A stretch of 64,000 nucleotides of DNA from Alphaproteobacteria bacterium (lineage in GTDB: Bacteria > Pseudomonadota > Alphaproteobacteria > GCA-2731375), in assembly GCA_965225945.1 (NCBI GenBank), contig CBDDBZ010000026.1, forward strand, positions 32,001 through 96,000. Reading direction: 5' to 3'. Positions 62,837-64,000 of this stretch are shown in pieces; position 1 is the first letter of the stretch, and every line of letters starts with the position of its first letter. The translations under genes and the position numbers were made by a program. The notes beneath the pieces were generated by a model. It did not search any database, was not told where the DNA came from, and was given only the letters and a program-made list of their open reading frames with translations.

Positions 62837-63144
62837 AATGTGCCAAAGTCCGGTTTCTGCAGGAATCGCCAATGTCAGCTCTTGGCTATCAATGACCGAA
62901 TCCGCCATCCTCTCCCGACGGAGACTGTACCCCTGATAGCCGACATTGGTGGCCTGGCGGCGCGGAGGATGCCGCCCGGGGCGCGTTCGGCGACGATTTC
63001 GGCTGACATGATGGCGGTTTCCTGGCTGAGGGCTGAAAAACGGCGCCATCTCGACCCATCGCCGCTGGCCAAGCACGCGAAAATGCGGTCCTCGGGCCGG
63101 CGCGGGCTATACTTTGCCGGGAAACCAGCAACGGAGGGGCGGCG

Positions 63145-64000
63145 ATGGCGATCGTCAAGGTGGCGGAACTGGCTTACGGGCGACTTCGGGCGCCGGACTT
63201 GGACCTGATGGAGGAATTTCTGGTCCATTTCGGCATGACGCGGGCGGCGCGGACGGCCGACGCCCTCTACATGCGCGGGACGGACGCGCGCCACCACATC
63301 CACGTCACCGAGTAGGCGAAGCCGCCTTCGTCGGCTTCGCCTACTCGGCCCAGAGCAGGGACGACCTGGAACGCCTGGCGGCGCGCGCGCCCGGGGCCTC
63401 GGCGGTGGAGGCGATCGAGGAGCCCGGCGGCGGCCACCGGGTGCGGCTCACCGAACCGAACGGCTACGCAATCGAGGTGGTGCACGGCATCGAGACGCCG
63501 ACGGCGATCGCGGTGGCGCGCCAGGCGCTCAACAGTGGGGCGGAGCCCCTGAGGCGCGCCGGCGAGGTGCTGCGACTGCCGGCCTCGCCCTCGCCGGTGA
63601 AGCGGATCGGCCACGGCGTGCTGGCGACGCCCGAGGTGGTGGCGACGGCGAGCTGGTTCCGCGACACGCTCGGCTTCCTCCGCTCCGACGACGTCTATGT
63701 GGCTGAGGAGGCGAACATCGTCGGCTCGTTCAACCGCTGCGACCGGGGCGAGGCCTTTACCGACCACCACGTGCTGTTCTGCGTCCGCAACGATCGCGCC
63801 GGCCTCAACCATCTGTCGTTCGAGCTGCCGGACGCCGACGCGGTCTTCAAGGATCACGAATACATCGCCGGCCTCGGCAAATACGAGCACATGTGGGGGA
63901 TCGGCCGGCACATCCTGGGCAGCCAGATCTTCGACTATTGGTGCGATCCCTGGGGTCGGGTCCACGAGCGCTGGGCCGACACCGACCGGCTGAACGCGGC
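63145..64000 (+). pseudogene. VOC-family extradiol dioxygenase-like protein, frameshift near 63313, runs off the window
   Basis: LAYGRLRAPDL..FG, IGHGV, DHH, LNHLSFE, WGIGRHILGSQIFDYWCDP. Confidence 0.82.

Overview
High-GC alphaproteobacterial chromosome segment (Rhodospirillales-like gene content and order). The core genes are: hopanoid synthesis (shc, hpnG, hpnH); NfeD/SPFH; the AmmeMemoRadiSam trio with a fused MEMO1-AMMECR1 protein; a MoxR/DUF58/DUF4159/GATase-like cluster; rpsF-rpsR-DUF2232-rplI; xseA; purD; a diiron/2x phosphotransferase/acyl-CoA ligase/MFS operon; and several orphan enzymes. Three mobile-DNA hotspots can be reconstructed from target-site duplications (TSDs). (1) An M23 peptidase gene is split by IS630, which is itself split by a 4.1-kb IS21-family element carrying two passenger genes. 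(2, 3) Two accessory islands (about 43.5-49.1 kb and 52.1-62.9 kb) each begin with a conserved 25-bp motif resembling a XerD arm. The motif is followed by a near-identical 2609-bp element encoding a tyrosine recombinase plus an IS91-type HUH transposase and ending in a 25-bp-arm hairpin, with a class III adenylate cyclase gene or fragment beyond it. The two copies are broken in complementary genes. Island 2 also holds IS1595, two IS3/IS481-like copies with 14-bp TSDs, IS256, and a 755-bp non-autonomous IS1595-type cassette with a passenger gene. Four otherwise intact genes carry single-base frameshifts, which may be assembly indels. No rRNA, tRNA or CRISPR array was recognised. All calls come from reading the sequence; no database searches were run.
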